Source: Candidatus Sumerlaeaceae bacterium | GTDB taxonomy: Bacteria > Sumerlaeota > Sumerlaeia > Sumerlaeales > Sumerlaeaceae | Reading direction: 5' to 3' | Assembly (NCBI GenBank): GCA_049968255.1 | Contig: JBMFRB010000001.1 | Span: forward strand, 455,433 to 519,432 | DNA length: 64,000 nt | Shown here: positions 49,874 through 59,638 of the stretch, piece by piece | Numbering within the stretch: the first letter of the stretch is position 1 | Layout of the letters: the number at the start of each line of letters is the position of its first letter | The notes under the pieces: model-generated | What the model saw: only the letters and a program-made list of their open reading frames with translations | Database searches by the model: none | What the model was told of the DNA's origin: nothing | Position numbers and translations under genes: made by a program

Positions 49874-50473
49874 TTAAAGTCTGGCGTGCAGATCCTCATT
49901 GAGCTTCGTCACAACTGCCGCGCAGATGGCTTTGAACGTTTCCACGACTCCCACGGATTGAATTGCAATGGCCTCGAACCAGGGCACGTTGCGCTCATTG
50001 AGAGTGCGGTTGAGTTGCTCTACACTCAGGATATTGGGCAGATCGCGTTTATTATATTGGATGACGAGTGGGAGCGAAGAGTAGTCGTATCCATACTCTG
50101 CGAGCAATCCCTTCATGTCGGCCAAGCTGGCTAGATTGTCGGCTAAACGGTTAGCATCGGAATCGGCGACGAATACAATGCCGTCCACGCCTTGCAGCAC
50201 CATCTTTCGCGTGGCACGATAATAGTCCTGACCTGGGACGCCATACACAAGAAAGCGCGCCTTCAGGCCGCGAATCTGGGCTACGTTGAGAGAAAAATAA
50301 TCGAAAAACAGAGTGCGTTCATCGGCCGTGTCGATGATTTGCAATTCACTGCGGTGTTGCGCTGGCAATGCCGCATGGATCGCTTTGATGTTAGTGGTCT
50401 TCCCTCCTAGACTTGTGCCACAATAAACGATTTTGCAGTTGATCTCGCGAGACCTGTAGTTGATTATCGGCAT
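49874..50473 (-). CDS. mglA: MglA-family small GTPase
   Basis: INYRSREINCKIVY, GKTTN, RTLFFD, VPGQ, GVDGIVFVADS, NKRD. Confidence 0.92.
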   Translation of the reverse strand: MPIINYRSREINCKIVYCGTSLGGKTTNIKAIHAALPAQHRSELQIIDTADERTLFFDYFSLNVAQIRGLKARFLVYGVPGQDYYRATRKMVLQGVDGIVFVADSDANRLADNLASLADMKGLLAEYGYDYSSLPLVIQYNKRDLPNILSVEQLNRTLNERNVPWFEAIAIQSVGVVETFKAICAAVVTKLNEDLHARL

Positions 50474-50625
50474 CCGCTGTCACTCCACTTTGCCTACGTT
50501 GCCTACCGATATTTCCAAGAATAGGGTATGAACTAGTCAAAGTCAATTATCGGGCTGACCAAGATTTTTTCGCACTTCACGCCGTCACTCTGATATTTTG
50601 CGAAAATTCCCTTGGGCCGAAATGT

Positions 50626-52275
50626 TTGACAAGGGAAGGCTCCAACGGAGACTCTGGGAGCGTGAGCCATGCAGAAGAGAGCCAGCTGCGAAACGTCGTT
50701 GAAATCATGTCCGAGCTGCGACGCGGGACTTCAACGCGGATTGCAATCCTGACTTCAGCATTCGAAGAGCTGCGAGAAGTTCTGCAATCCCTTTACTCAG
50801 AATCCGCGTTCGATGGCATTCTCGCCCCCCTAAACCAGGCTCATGCGATCCTAGAGCAAACACAGGCTGAAGGCGATGCGACAGGTGGATTGCCTTTCGA
50901 GGCTTTTGCATCTCTCGAAATTTTGGCAAAACCTCCTGGACATTCCTATTCTAGGTGGCATCCAAAAGGGTGGGTTGCCCGGCTCTACCGCTTATTCTTT
51001 GGGCGGCAATATGCGTTCAACGAGCTGCTGCTTAGCAGCCTGGCCAGCACTGCCCAGCGGACCGACGTGTTTTGTCATCTCGTGCTGAGACTTTTGGGGG
51101 CGTGCAACGCCCAAGTCACTCATCTCATCCGCTACGAACGGCAGGTGGCTGAAACACTGATTAGCGTATCAGAAAAATTAGAATTCATCGTCGGTGGCAT
51201 GTTGCTGCAGTCCTCCGAAGAGCGTCGAAGTGACGTGGATTCACAAGAGAGTCAGAGAAGCGAACAGCCAGTTGCTTTGAAAACCGAGGTCGATAGCCTA
51301 AAAGCTTTCCTCACCGCTTTGGAAAGGCGTTTGGAGACTCTAGAGGCGCGAGCATCACACTGGCAGACGATTATTGACAATTGGCATGAGTACTCGCTGC
51401 ACCATGAGCAACTCAGGCGGCATGTGGAGCAAACACTGAACGAGGTGTGTGACGAGCTGACAGCGCTAAAACAGTTGGCCTGCGACACCGCCGTCCAACG
51501 CAAGGTTGACCTAGGGCGAGCGAGGGCAGAAGCGAATGAAGGTCTAGCCAGCGCCCCTGCCCCACTCTCGCCGACTTTTAGCTTTCTCGAGTTCGAGCGA
51601 GCGCTGCGCGGAAGTGAGATACAGATCACCCAAGAACAAGCGCGTTATCTGCCTTGGTTTGCTGATGCGGCGGCACCAGTGCTGGACTTAGGTTGTGGTC
51701 GGGGAGAATTTCTGGAACTTCTGCGCGAACATGGAATTCCAGCCTCTGGAGTTGATCGCGATCCAGACATGGTTCGCCACTGCCGAGCAAAAGGCCTGGC
51801 GGTCGAAGAAGGGACGCTCATTGATTATCTTTCGCATGTTCCGGACGAGTCACTGGGCGGAATTTTTATGGGTCAGGTGGTCGAACATCTCGATCAGGCC
51901 ACCGTGCTCGAGTTGCCCCCCCTTCTGTGGAGGAAACTTGTCCCTGGGGGAGCCGTCGTCATCGAGACGGTCAACCCCATGTGCTTGAGCACGTTCGCTG
52001 GAGCCATGTACGCCGATCCAACACACGTGCGTCCCTTGCACCCCAAAGGGCTGGAGTTTTTAATGACGAGCGCAGGATTCGTCGAAGCAACGTTGATTCT
52101 GAGTGCCCCCGTGCCAGAAGGCGACAAACTTGCACTGGTAAAAGAAAAAGGGCCGCTTGATCCCGTGACGAAGGATCTGGTGCTACAAATCAATGATAAT
52201 TTCGCGCGGCTCAATACTTTGCTCTACTCTTATGCCAATTACGCTTTGGCCGTGCGCAAACCCAAACGAGCATGA
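50626..52275 (+). CDS. Class I SAM-dependent methyltransferase with an N-terminal coiled coil (glycan-associated type)
   Basis: FERALRGSE, VLDLGCGRGEF, QVVEHL, IETVNP, DPTHVRP; long heptad region upstream; coupled to a GT4. Start uncertain. Confidence 0.85.
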   Translation: MTREGSNGDSGSVSHAEESQLRNVVEIMSELRRGTSTRIAILTSAFEELREVLQSLYSESAFDGILAPLNQAHAILEQTQAEGDATGGLPFEAFASLEILAKPPGHSYSRWHPKGWVARLYRLFFGRQYAFNELLLSSLASTAQRTDVFCHLVLRLLGACNAQVTHLIRYERQVAETLISVSEKLEFIVGGMLLQSSEERRSDVDSQESQRSEQPVALKTEVDSLKAFLTALERRLETLEARASHWQTIIDNWHEYSLHHEQLRRHVEQTLNEVCDELTALKQLACDTAVQRKVDLGRARAEANEGLASAPAPLSPTFSFLEFERALRGSEIQITQEQARYLPWFADAAAPVLDLGCGRGEFLELLREHGIPASGVDRDPDMVRHCRAKGLAVEEGTLIDYLSHVPDESLGGIFMGQVVEHLDQATVLELPPLLWRKLVPGGAVVIETVNPMCLSTFAGAMYADPTHVRPLHPKGLEFLMTSAGFVEATLILSAPVPEGDKLALVKEKGPLDPVTKDLVLQINDNFARLNTLLYSYANYALAVRKPKRA

Positions 52276-53522
52276 TCGACCTCCCCTATAAGCTGGCTTT
52301 TGTCATTCCCTGGTACGGCAATCCAACCGGTGGTGCCGAAGTCTTTTGCCGTGGGCTTGCTCGCGCCCTTGCTGCGCTTGGCCACGACGTGACAGTGCTG
52401 ACCACGTGTTGCCGCGACCCTTTCCACGATTGGAGTCAGAATCATCTCCCCGCGGGTGAAACGTTCGATGGCCCCGTGCGCGTGTTGCGCTTCCCTGTGG
52501 ACGGCACTGATCGGACCGCGTTTGCGCATTATTATCAGCTCATCGACCGCGGTCTGGATCTCTCGCCAACGCAGGAAGAAGAGTGGATGGCGAATAGCAT
52601 AAATAGCTCGGCACTTTATCGCTATATCGCGGCAAAGCGAAAAAAGTATTTTTTCTTTTTTCTGCCCTATTTGTACGGGACCACGTTTTTTGGCATACGT
52701 GCGGCTGGACGCCAGCACAGTTTTCTCATTCCGTGTCTGCACAACGAACCTTTTGCCTATCTGGCAATCATGCAGGAGATGTTTTCTCGGGTTCGCGGAT
52801 GCTTGTTTCTCAGCGAGCCCGAGCGAGATCTGGCGAACGCGCTTTTTCCTATTTACGAAAAAGAAAATCTCGTGCTTGGCGGGGGGCTGGATCGTGAATG
52901 TGTCGGCGACGCGGCGCGATTTCGCGCGCATTACAAAATTACCGACCCCTACGCACTGTGCGTAGGTCGGAAAGTACCCGGCAAAGGAACAGATTTGCTG
53001 GTGAGCTACTTTGAGGCATATCGCCGCTACTGTTCGCACGATCCTTTGCGTCTTGTGCTGATTGGCAAAGGCAAGGTCGAGGTACCGCCGGAGCTAAAGG
53101 ATTTTGTTCTGGAGCCAGAACTTGACGAGTGGACCCATGTGTTCGACGCAATGGCTGGTTGCGAGTTTCTCATCCAACCGAGCTTCTTCGAGTCTTTTTC
53201 ACTGGTGCTGATGGAGGCATGGCTCAACGGGCGCCCTGTTCTCGTCAACGGTGAGTGCGAAGTTACACTTCACCACGTGTTGGAATCGAACGGCGGGTTA
53301 TATTTCACCAATGTTGGGGAGTTTATCGAAATCATTCGCTTGCTGCGAGGGCGGCCCGAACTCGCCGCCACTTTGGGCCGTGCCGGTGAACAATACGTGC
53401 GTTCGCGTTATCTTTGGCCCGCAACAGCCATGAGACTTCACGATTTCGTTGAAAGACTGTGGAAAAAAGTGCGACCGATTTGTTCTGACAGAGCTAACGA
53501 GGCTGCGCCTCCGCCCGAGTGA
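52272..53522 (+). CDS. Glycosyltransferase family 4
   Basis: GGAE, VGRKVPGKG, PSFFESFSLVLMEAW. Confidence 0.92.
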   Translation: MIDLPYKLAFVIPWYGNPTGGAEVFCRGLARALAALGHDVTVLTTCCRDPFHDWSQNHLPAGETFDGPVRVLRFPVDGTDRTAFAHYYQLIDRGLDLSPTQEEEWMANSINSSALYRYIAAKRKKYFFFFLPYLYGTTFFGIRAAGRQHSFLIPCLHNEPFAYLAIMQEMFSRVRGCLFLSEPERDLANALFPIYEKENLVLGGGLDRECVGDAARFRAHYKITDPYALCVGRKVPGKGTDLLVSYFEAYRRYCSHDPLRLVLIGKGKVEVPPELKDFVLEPELDEWTHVFDAMAGCEFLIQPSFFESFSLVLMEAWLNGRPVLVNGECEVTLHHVLESNGGLYFTNVGEFIEIIRLLRGRPELAATLGRAGEQYVRSRYLWPATAMRLHDFVERLWKKVRPICSDRANEAAPPPE

Positions 53523-55044
53523 CTTGTGTGAGCTGCCACTTGACTTCTGGCGAACGTTGCGGCAGGAGCTCGGAGATTGATTTTGATGACGATGACTCGG
53601 CTTTTCGCATGGCATCGCGCACCGCGACCTGTCCCCGCCGAGCGTAATCCAGCGAGAGTCCCACAACACGAGCAGCTTCCTGCGGCGCGTGGAAACCAGT
53701 GGAGTTTTCGGCTTCCACAAAATCGAGTAAGAACTGCGCACGTCTCTGGCACATAAGCGCATTCGTGAGCACGTCGTCGTTGAGTCCCATGTTGCGGGCT
53801 TCTTTGATGTCCTTGATGAGGTCAATCAAAGCATCCATGGCGATGTTGCGCAGGAAAAATGTGCGCTCCTGAATCTGTTCGGCCCTGGCCTTGAGCTCAG
53901 CCTCAGGGAATTTATGGCAGGTTTGGCAGGCATTGGAGATATTGAGTAAGGGGCTCCGCACATGATGATCGCTGATCTTCTGTGCGCCAACACGTTTGTA
54001 AGGCATATGACAATCGGCACAGGCCACACCAGATCGGGCATGAATTCCCTGGTTCCACATTTCAAATTCTGGATGCTGGGCTTTGAGCACAGGAGCACTC
54101 GTTTCGCCATGAATCCAGTCTTTGAAACCAATTTCATCATAATAGGCTAAGATTTCATCGGCTTTGAGTCCTTTGTGCCACGGATAGACGAGGCGCTTCT
54201 CTGCTCCCTTGAAATAGTATTCGTCATGGCACTGGGCGCAAACAAAGGAACGCATTTCTTGGCGTGTCGCCATCGTGTTGGGATCGTAATTTTCAATTCC
54301 TTCGCGACGCTTGAGCGTTTTGATTCCTTCGAGGAAAGCCGGACGTGTTATGCGAAGCTGCATGGTCTGCGGGTCGTGGCAGTCTATGCAGGCCACCGGG
54401 TGGAGCTTAGTGCCGAGGCTAGCCATGATTTTATCCATCTCGGCTTTGGCTTGTGCGTAGGGAAGTTTATTAAAATGCTCGAAACCTTTGAAGATGTCGC
54501 CATTGCCCGCTTTCTTGTAGGGAATGTATACGGACGCGTGACAATGCAGGCATGTTCCCGGCTGCTTGGCAGCCACTTGGCGTTCTGTGTAGAGCTGGTC
54601 TACGAGCATGTAAGCATGGCCGCGCTCCTCACGGAAGTCTCGCGCGAACGCATAGCCCGCCCACATGATCTTCAACCGTGGATCCTCTTCGAGGCGGGAT
54701 TGTGCCACCACGCTTCGCGGATCAGCCTGAGTGGGAGTGCGGGGAAGCGCTTCGCTACCTCCAAAGCGCGTGCGGATCTGATCCGTGGTGCGTTTGTAAT
54801 GATCGAATTGCAGAGGGAAGTTCTTGCCCCACACCTCGGGATCAGCGGTGTCGTCGGTCAGTTCCACGACGCGGAAAAAGGGATTCTTTGCTTCGACTTT
54901 GCGTTCGAAGATGTTCATGAGCAAAGCCGTAAGACCAAAGGCAAGCAATGCGCTCACGATCGTTGTGATGGCGAGCAATCGAACGACCTTGTGCCAGGGC
55001 ATGGCTTGGGTGTTTCTCTCATTGCGAATTTCGTTGTTGGCCAC
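53494..55044 (-). CDS. nrfA: Ammonia-forming pentaheme cytochrome c nitrite reductase
   Basis: WAGYAFARDFREERGHAY; hemes CLHCH, CIDCH, CAQCH, CADCH, CQTCH; KAQHPEFE; ENSTGFHAPQE. Confidence 0.95.
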   Translation of the reverse strand: MANNEIRNERNTQAMPWHKVVRLLAITTIVSALLAFGLTALLMNIFERKVEAKNPFFRVVELTDDTADPEVWGKNFPLQFDHYKRTTDQIRTRFGGSEALPRTPTQADPRSVVAQSRLEEDPRLKIMWAGYAFARDFREERGHAYMLVDQLYTERQVAAKQPGTCLHCHASVYIPYKKAGNGDIFKGFEHFNKLPYAQAKAEMDKIMASLGTKLHPVACIDCHDPQTMQLRITRPAFLEGIKTLKRREGIENYDPNTMATRQEMRSFVCAQCHDEYYFKGAEKRLVYPWHKGLKADEILAYYDEIGFKDWIHGETSAPVLKAQHPEFEMWNQGIHARSGVACADCHMPYKRVGAQKISDHHVRSPLLNISNACQTCHKFPEAELKARAEQIQERTFFLRNIAMDALIDLIKDIKEARNMGLNDDVLTNALMCQRRAQFLLDFVEAENSTGFHAPQEAARVVGLSLDYARRGQVAVRDAMRKAESSSSKSISELLPQRSPEVKWQLTQVTRAEAQPR

Positions 55045-55063
55045 GGCAAAAGCCTCCCTTTCC

Positions 55064-55549
55064 TTACTGACTAAGTTCCATATGTCCCACCGAACTGTGA
55101 CAGGAAATGCACGAGAGTCGTTGGGACTGCGCTGCGCTTACTCCGGGATGCAGATCGATTTGCTGGACAATGTCCGCGTGGCAATAGCGGCACGCATTCT
55201 CTGTGACGCGTCGGTTGATGTCTGTGATCTGGATAGGCTCATGGAAATTTTGGGTCGTGAACGCCGTCGCGTGGCGAAAGCCGTTTAGCGCTTTGACTGC
55301 ATACTTCCCGACGAGATTGTGAGGCGTGTGACAATCATTGCATGTCGCAACAAGGCGGTGGCTCGACTTCAGGTAGGCTGCATAGTTCTCCTGCATGACG
55401 TGGCAGTTGGCGCACGCAGCAGGGTCATTGGTGAGATAACTGGCACCTCGCGCATACCAGAACACGTAGGCGCCCAACCCAACGCTGAGCCCAACGAAAA
55501 TTGATGCCGCAACACCGACACGCAAAAGCTGTTGTTGCCAACTGGTCAT
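55064..55549 (-). CDS. nrfH: Tetraheme cytochrome c nitrite reductase small subunit
   Basis: N-terminal TM; CANCHVM, CNDCH, CRYCH, CISCH; upstream of nrfA. Alternative TTG start at 55594. Confidence 0.93.
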   Translation of the reverse strand: MTSWQQQLLRVGVAASIFVGLSVGLGAYVFWYARGASYLTNDPAACANCHVMQENYAAYLKSSHRLVATCNDCHTPHNLVGKYAVKALNGFRHATAFTTQNFHEPIQITDINRRVTENACRYCHADIVQQIDLHPGVSAAQSQRLSCISCHSSVGHMELSQ

Positions 55550-55653
55550 TGCCACCAGCGAGCGCAGATTTCGTGAAACTAAGTCTGACGACAAAGTTTG
55601 ACAAAAAGTTGGTGGCAGGGCAAAGACAAAAAGTGTGTCCCGTGAGGACGCGC

Positions 55654-55667
55654 TTGATTTGCATCAA
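55654..55667. promoter_or_regulatory. FNR/DNR-type (Crp/Fnr family) binding site
   Basis: TTGAT-TTGC-ATCAA, exact match to TTGAT-N4-ATCAA, upstream of nrfHA. Confidence 0.8.
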
Positions 55668-55777
55668 GTTTTGGGGACCTATTCACTGCGTACGTCGATG
55701 GCCGCAAACGCGCGACGCTCTCTCGCGGGAAAATCGTTGCGACACGAGAGAACCTCTCCATAAGTTGCGCACAGCTG

Positions 55778-56203
55778 TCACCGGATGCCCAGGGCATCGA
55801 GCAAGGCGGCGGCGAGCTTGCCGTCCACAGCCGCACCGTGTTTTTCTTTCAGCGCTTTCATGATCAGGCCTTTTTTGTCAAGTCCGGCGGCTCGGAGCGC
55901 TTGTATTTCTGCCCGAAGTTCGTCTTCTGAGAGCTGGCGGGGCAGATATTCCTGGAGCATCGTTATCTCCGCTGCATACTGAGCGCACACTTCGGGCTTC
56001 GAGGCTTGGTGCTGTTCGATGAACTCGCGTAAGGACTTGATATAGGCAGAAATGACCGCGGCGGCAATGTCGCCTTTTGCGTTGGGATCCTTTTCCTTCT
56101 TTTGAATCTCGCCGAGAATGTAATCGAGTGTGGCTTTCCGAGCTGACTCTCCCGCTTTCATGGCCGCAATGCGGTCGCGTTGAATTTGCGATTTGATATC
56201 CAT
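55778..56203 (-). CDS. GatB/YqeY domain protein
   Basis: AAMKAG, EITMLQEYLPRQLSEDEL, GLIMKAL...VDGK. Confidence 0.88.
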   Translation of the reverse strand: MDIKSQIQRDRIAAMKAGESARKATLDYILGEIQKKEKDPNAKGDIAAAVISAYIKSLREFIEQHQASKPEVCAQYAAEITMLQEYLPRQLSEDELRAEIQALRAAGLDKKGLIMKALKEKHGAAVDGKLAAALLDALGIR

Positions 56204-56235
56204 GGCGGTATCACGTCCTCTGAGCTATAGCTCGG

Positions 56236-56688
56236 TCAAGGCAACAGTGGCACGGCTTTGCCATTTTCCACGCGGACGAGAACAACCTTGGCGAGATGAG
56301 CAATGGCGCGCAAGGGTTCTTCTTCCGCATACGCTTCAGCCTCACACGTCACGTGGCGGCGACCGATTTCACGAATGACGGCGTGGCTGAGCACGCTGTC
56401 GGTGGGGCGCATTGGCGATTCGAGTGAGGCTTCAAGCGCACGACATACGCCAATGCCCGTGTTTTCGCCATCACAGACCACAATCGCCGCATGAATCGCC
56501 ATGCCAAGAGGAAGCCCTGTCATCGGGTGCACCCCTGACCCACGCCGCAACCACGGCTGTACTTCTTCCAAGAGGTATGAGAGCAGACCAGGGCGATGGC
56601 GACACCATGCTTCATCGCTAACAGTGAGGGCTCCAGGGCGGCGACGAACCACCGATAGCACCTCGACGGGATGTGGCACAAAATCCAT
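56236..56688 (-). CDS. Hypothetical protein, possible hotdog-fold thioesterase
   Basis: AGGAG SD before ATG 56688; C-terminus AVIREIGRRHVTCEAEAY...VLVRVENGKAVPL resembles acyl-CoA thioesterases. Confidence 0.55.
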   Translation of the reverse strand: MDFVPHPVEVLSVVRRRPGALTVSDEAWCRHRPGLLSYLLEEVQPWLRRGSGVHPMTGLPLGMAIHAAIVVCDGENTGIGVCRALEASLESPMRPTDSVLSHAVIREIGRRHVTCEAEAYAEEEPLRAIAHLAKVVLVRVENGKAVPLLP

Positions 56689-56787
56689 CTCGATGCTCCT
56701 TCTTGGCACTTGAAACCTAAGTCGTAAGACTCGCATAAAACTTGGTGCGTGCGCGCTCATATTCTCCTTATGCAAGGAGTGTGGAAC

Positions 56788-58299
56788 ATGGCAACAGCGA
56801 ACAAAAAGAAACGTTTTGCGGCCTTCATCAATGGTCGTTGGGTAAAAGAGGGATCGCAGGGGACGTTCGAAAACATCAACCCGGCGGACACACGAGATGT
56901 GGTGGGTGTTTTTCCTGCGTGTGGCCCTGAGGAAGTGGAAGAAGCTGTGGCTGCTGCAAAGGAAGCTTATCAGACGTGGCGGCTCGTGCCCGCCCCGAAA
57001 CGAGCTGAAATCATTCGCAATGCAGCCAACCTCCTCATCAAACACAAGGAACGCATCGCTCAGCAAATGACGCGCGAGATGGGGAAAATTCTCGACGAAA
57101 CTCGTGGGGATGTGCAGGAGGGCATTGACACAGGTTTTTACGCATCGGGCGAGGGACGCCGCCTGTTTGGCGACACAGTTCCATGCGAGCTGCCGAACAA
57201 ATTTGGCATGAGCGTACGCATGCCGATTGGTGTGTGCGGCATGATCACACCTTGGAATTTTCCGATGGCAATTCCAACATGGAAAATTTTCCCGGCGCTG
57301 GTTTGCGGAAACACCGTTGTGTTCAAACCTGCGACAGACACGCCGGCAACTGCCGTCGAGTTGGTGGAAATTCTGCTTGAGGCGGGCCTACCACCGAAAT
57401 GCATCAACCTTGTGACCGGCTCTGGGAGCTTGGTGGGCAACGCAATTGTCGACCACCCTGACGTGGCTGTGATCAGCTTCACCGGCTCGACCGAAATCGG
57501 ACGGAAAATCAACGAGCGCGCCGGCTCCAAACTCAAGAGAGTATCGCTTGAGCTCGGTGGCAAGAATGCGCAGATTGTGATGGACGATGCCGACATGGAA
57601 CTCGCGCTTGAGGGGGTGCTCTGGGGCGCATTTGGCACAACGGGGCAGCGCTGCACAGCCACCTCGCGCCTCATTCTTCACAAGAAAATCCACGACAAGT
57701 TCGTGGAAAAGCTCATCGAAAAGGCGAAAAAGATTCGGGTCGGCAATGGCCTAGACCCGAAAACTCAGATGGGGCCGCTTGTCAGCAAGGTACAGCGCGA
57801 GAACGTGAAGCGGTACGTGGACATTGGCATCCACGAAGACAAAGCGGAACTCGTCCTTGGCGGAAAAGAGCTCACGAGCGGGCCCTACGCCTATGGGTGG
57901 TTCTTCGAACCGACAATTTTCGTCAACGTGAAACCGAAAATGCGCATCGCACAGGAGGAGATTTTCGGCCCGGTCTTGGCTGTGCTACGGGCAAAGGATC
58001 TCGACGATGCAATCGGCATTCTCAACGACACGCCCTATGGTTTGAGCTCGTCTATCTACACACGCGACGTGAACGCGGCTTTCAAAGCAATGCGCGATAT
58101 CGAGGCCGGCATCACATACGTCAACGGCCCGACGATTGGTGCTGAAGTGCAACTGCCGTTCGGTGGAGTAAAAGGCACGGGCAATGGCCACCGCGAGGCG
58201 TCGCACACGGTGCTCGATATCTTCACGGAGTGGAAATCCATCTACGTTGACTATAGTGGCAAACTTCAGCGAGCCCAGATTGACGTGCAGGCCGGCTGA
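56788..58299 (+). CDS. NAD(P)-dependent aldehyde dehydrogenase
   Basis: ITPWNFP, FTGS, LELGGKN, GQRCTA, EEIFGP; AAGGAG SD before ATG 56788. Confidence 0.95.
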   Translation: MATANKKKRFAAFINGRWVKEGSQGTFENINPADTRDVVGVFPACGPEEVEEAVAAAKEAYQTWRLVPAPKRAEIIRNAANLLIKHKERIAQQMTREMGKILDETRGDVQEGIDTGFYASGEGRRLFGDTVPCELPNKFGMSVRMPIGVCGMITPWNFPMAIPTWKIFPALVCGNTVVFKPATDTPATAVELVEILLEAGLPPKCINLVTGSGSLVGNAIVDHPDVAVISFTGSTEIGRKINERAGSKLKRVSLELGGKNAQIVMDDADMELALEGVLWGAFGTTGQRCTATSRLILHKKIHDKFVEKLIEKAKKIRVGNGLDPKTQMGPLVSKVQRENVKRYVDIGIHEDKAELVLGGKELTSGPYAYGWFFEPTIFVNVKPKMRIAQEEIFGPVLAVLRAKDLDDAIGILNDTPYGLSSSIYTRDVNAAFKAMRDIEAGITYVNGPTIGAEVQLPFGGVKGTGNGHREASHTVLDIFTEWKSIYVDYSGKLQRAQIDVQAG

Positions 58300-58325
58300 C
58301 AGAGCAAACCTTCATTCGCGAAGTT

Positions 58326-58356
58326 GGGGAGAGTCCGTCCAGGACTCTCCCCTTTT
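58326..58356 (+). terminator. Rho-independent terminator after the aldehyde dehydrogenase
   Basis: GGGGAGAGTCC-GTCCA-GGACTCTCCCC-TTTT. Confidence 0.85.
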
Positions 58357-58440
58357 CTGAATTGGTTGCATCAGTCGATAAGTTGTTCCGCGCACCACAT
58401 CGTTCCGAAAAAAAGGAGATGTTTTAGGCATTTTGTTGGA

Positions 58441-59625
58441 TCAAGCTCCCCGCTGTAGGAAGCGTGCTAGGCCTTCCACGGCGCGTTCCAGGCGCTCGAA
58501 GCTGGCTGCATAACTGGCCCGCACAAAATCTTCGCCGCTGGGGCCAAAAGCTGTGCCTGGCACGATAGCTACTTTTTCGCGGCGAAGCAGCGCGGTGCAA
58601 AACTCCTCGCTCGACATCCCCATGTTTTTGATATTGGCGAACGCGTAAAAAGCGCCGTCTGGCATGAGCGTGGGCAGCCCGAGATCGTTGAAGGCCTTCA
58701 CAATGAAGTTGCGGCGGCGGCGATATTCGTCGCGCATGGCCTCAACATCTGAATCACAATGACGCAGAGCTTCGAGCGCGGCGTACTGCGAAATGGTCGG
58801 TGCGCAGAGAATCGTGTACTGATGGATCTTGAGCATTGGGGTGATGAGTTCCGGCGGTCCACAAAGGTAACCGAGCCGCCAGCCGGTCATAGCAAAAGCT
58901 TTTGAGAAGCCCGACACGAGCAATGTGCGTTCTTTTGCATGGGGCAAGGCAGCGAGCGAAGCGTGATGCCCCTCGTAGGTGAGCTCGGCATAGATTTCAT
59001 CGCTGAGCACGAGTAGATCGTGTTCCGCAGCAAACTGGACAACTTTTTCCAGATCCGGAAGGCGCAGCGTGGCTCCCGTGGGATTGTTGGGATAATTTAG
59101 AATAAGAGCCTTTGTGCGGGGCGTCACTGCCTCGCGCAGGCGCTCGAAATTCAGGCGAAATCCTTCTTCCTGCAAGGTGGCCACAAAACGCGGTGTACCT
59201 CCAGCGAGAATCACTGCGGGGGCGTAAGAGACGTAACATGGCTCGACGACAATGACTTCGTCGCCGGGTTCGAGGAGGGCTCGCAGGGCAATGTCGATTG
59301 CCTCGCTGCCGCCAACGGTAATGATGATTTCCGTATCGGGATCATAGGAGAGGTCATAGCGCCGCGCCAGCCAGTTCGCCAACTCGACACGTAGCTCGCG
59401 CAAGCCGTAGTTGCTCGTGTAGGTTGTCTTGCCTCTTTCCAGCTCGTAAATCGCCTGCTCGCGTATGCTCCAGGGCGTTGGGAAGTCAGGTTCCCCCACT
59501 CCGAGCGAAATCACACCTTCCGTTGCAAGCACGAGATCAAAGAATCGCCTAATGCCTGATGGTGGCAGCTCGGCAACGCGCCGTGCAATTTTCGCCTCAA
59601 GCCGTGAAGAACTTGGCACTGTCAT
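58441..59625 (-). CDS. PLP-dependent aminotransferase class I/II
   Basis: SLGVGEPDF, NYPNNPTG, SDEIY, GFSKAFAMTGWRLGY. Start moved to ATG 59625. Confidence 0.94.
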   Translation of the reverse strand: MTVPSSSRLEAKIARRVAELPPSGIRRFFDLVLATEGVISLGVGEPDFPTPWSIREQAIYELERGKTTYTSNYGLRELRVELANWLARRYDLSYDPDTEIIITVGGSEAIDIALRALLEPGDEVIVVEPCYVSYAPAVILAGGTPRFVATLQEEGFRLNFERLREAVTPRTKALILNYPNNPTGATLRLPDLEKVVQFAAEHDLLVLSDEIYAELTYEGHHASLAALPHAKERTLLVSGFSKAFAMTGWRLGYLCGPPELITPMLKIHQYTILCAPTISQYAALEALRHCDSDVEAMRDEYRRRRNFIVKAFNDLGLPTLMPDGAFYAFANIKNMGMSSEEFCTALLRREKVAIVPGTAFGPSGEDFVRASYAASFERLERAVEGLARFLQRGA

Positions 59626-59638
59626 GGTGCAGTCTCCT

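Noticed and set aside
37500-56745. Recurring loose TAAG...ACTTA-like intergenic motif (near 19595, 37520, 49310, 56720)
   Set aside because: Spacing and arms are inconsistent; not supportable without a motif search.
56689-57066. N-terminal extension of the 276-aa ORF 56236..57066
   Set aside because: Overlaps the aldehyde dehydrogenase antisense; a good SD supports ATG 56688 instead.
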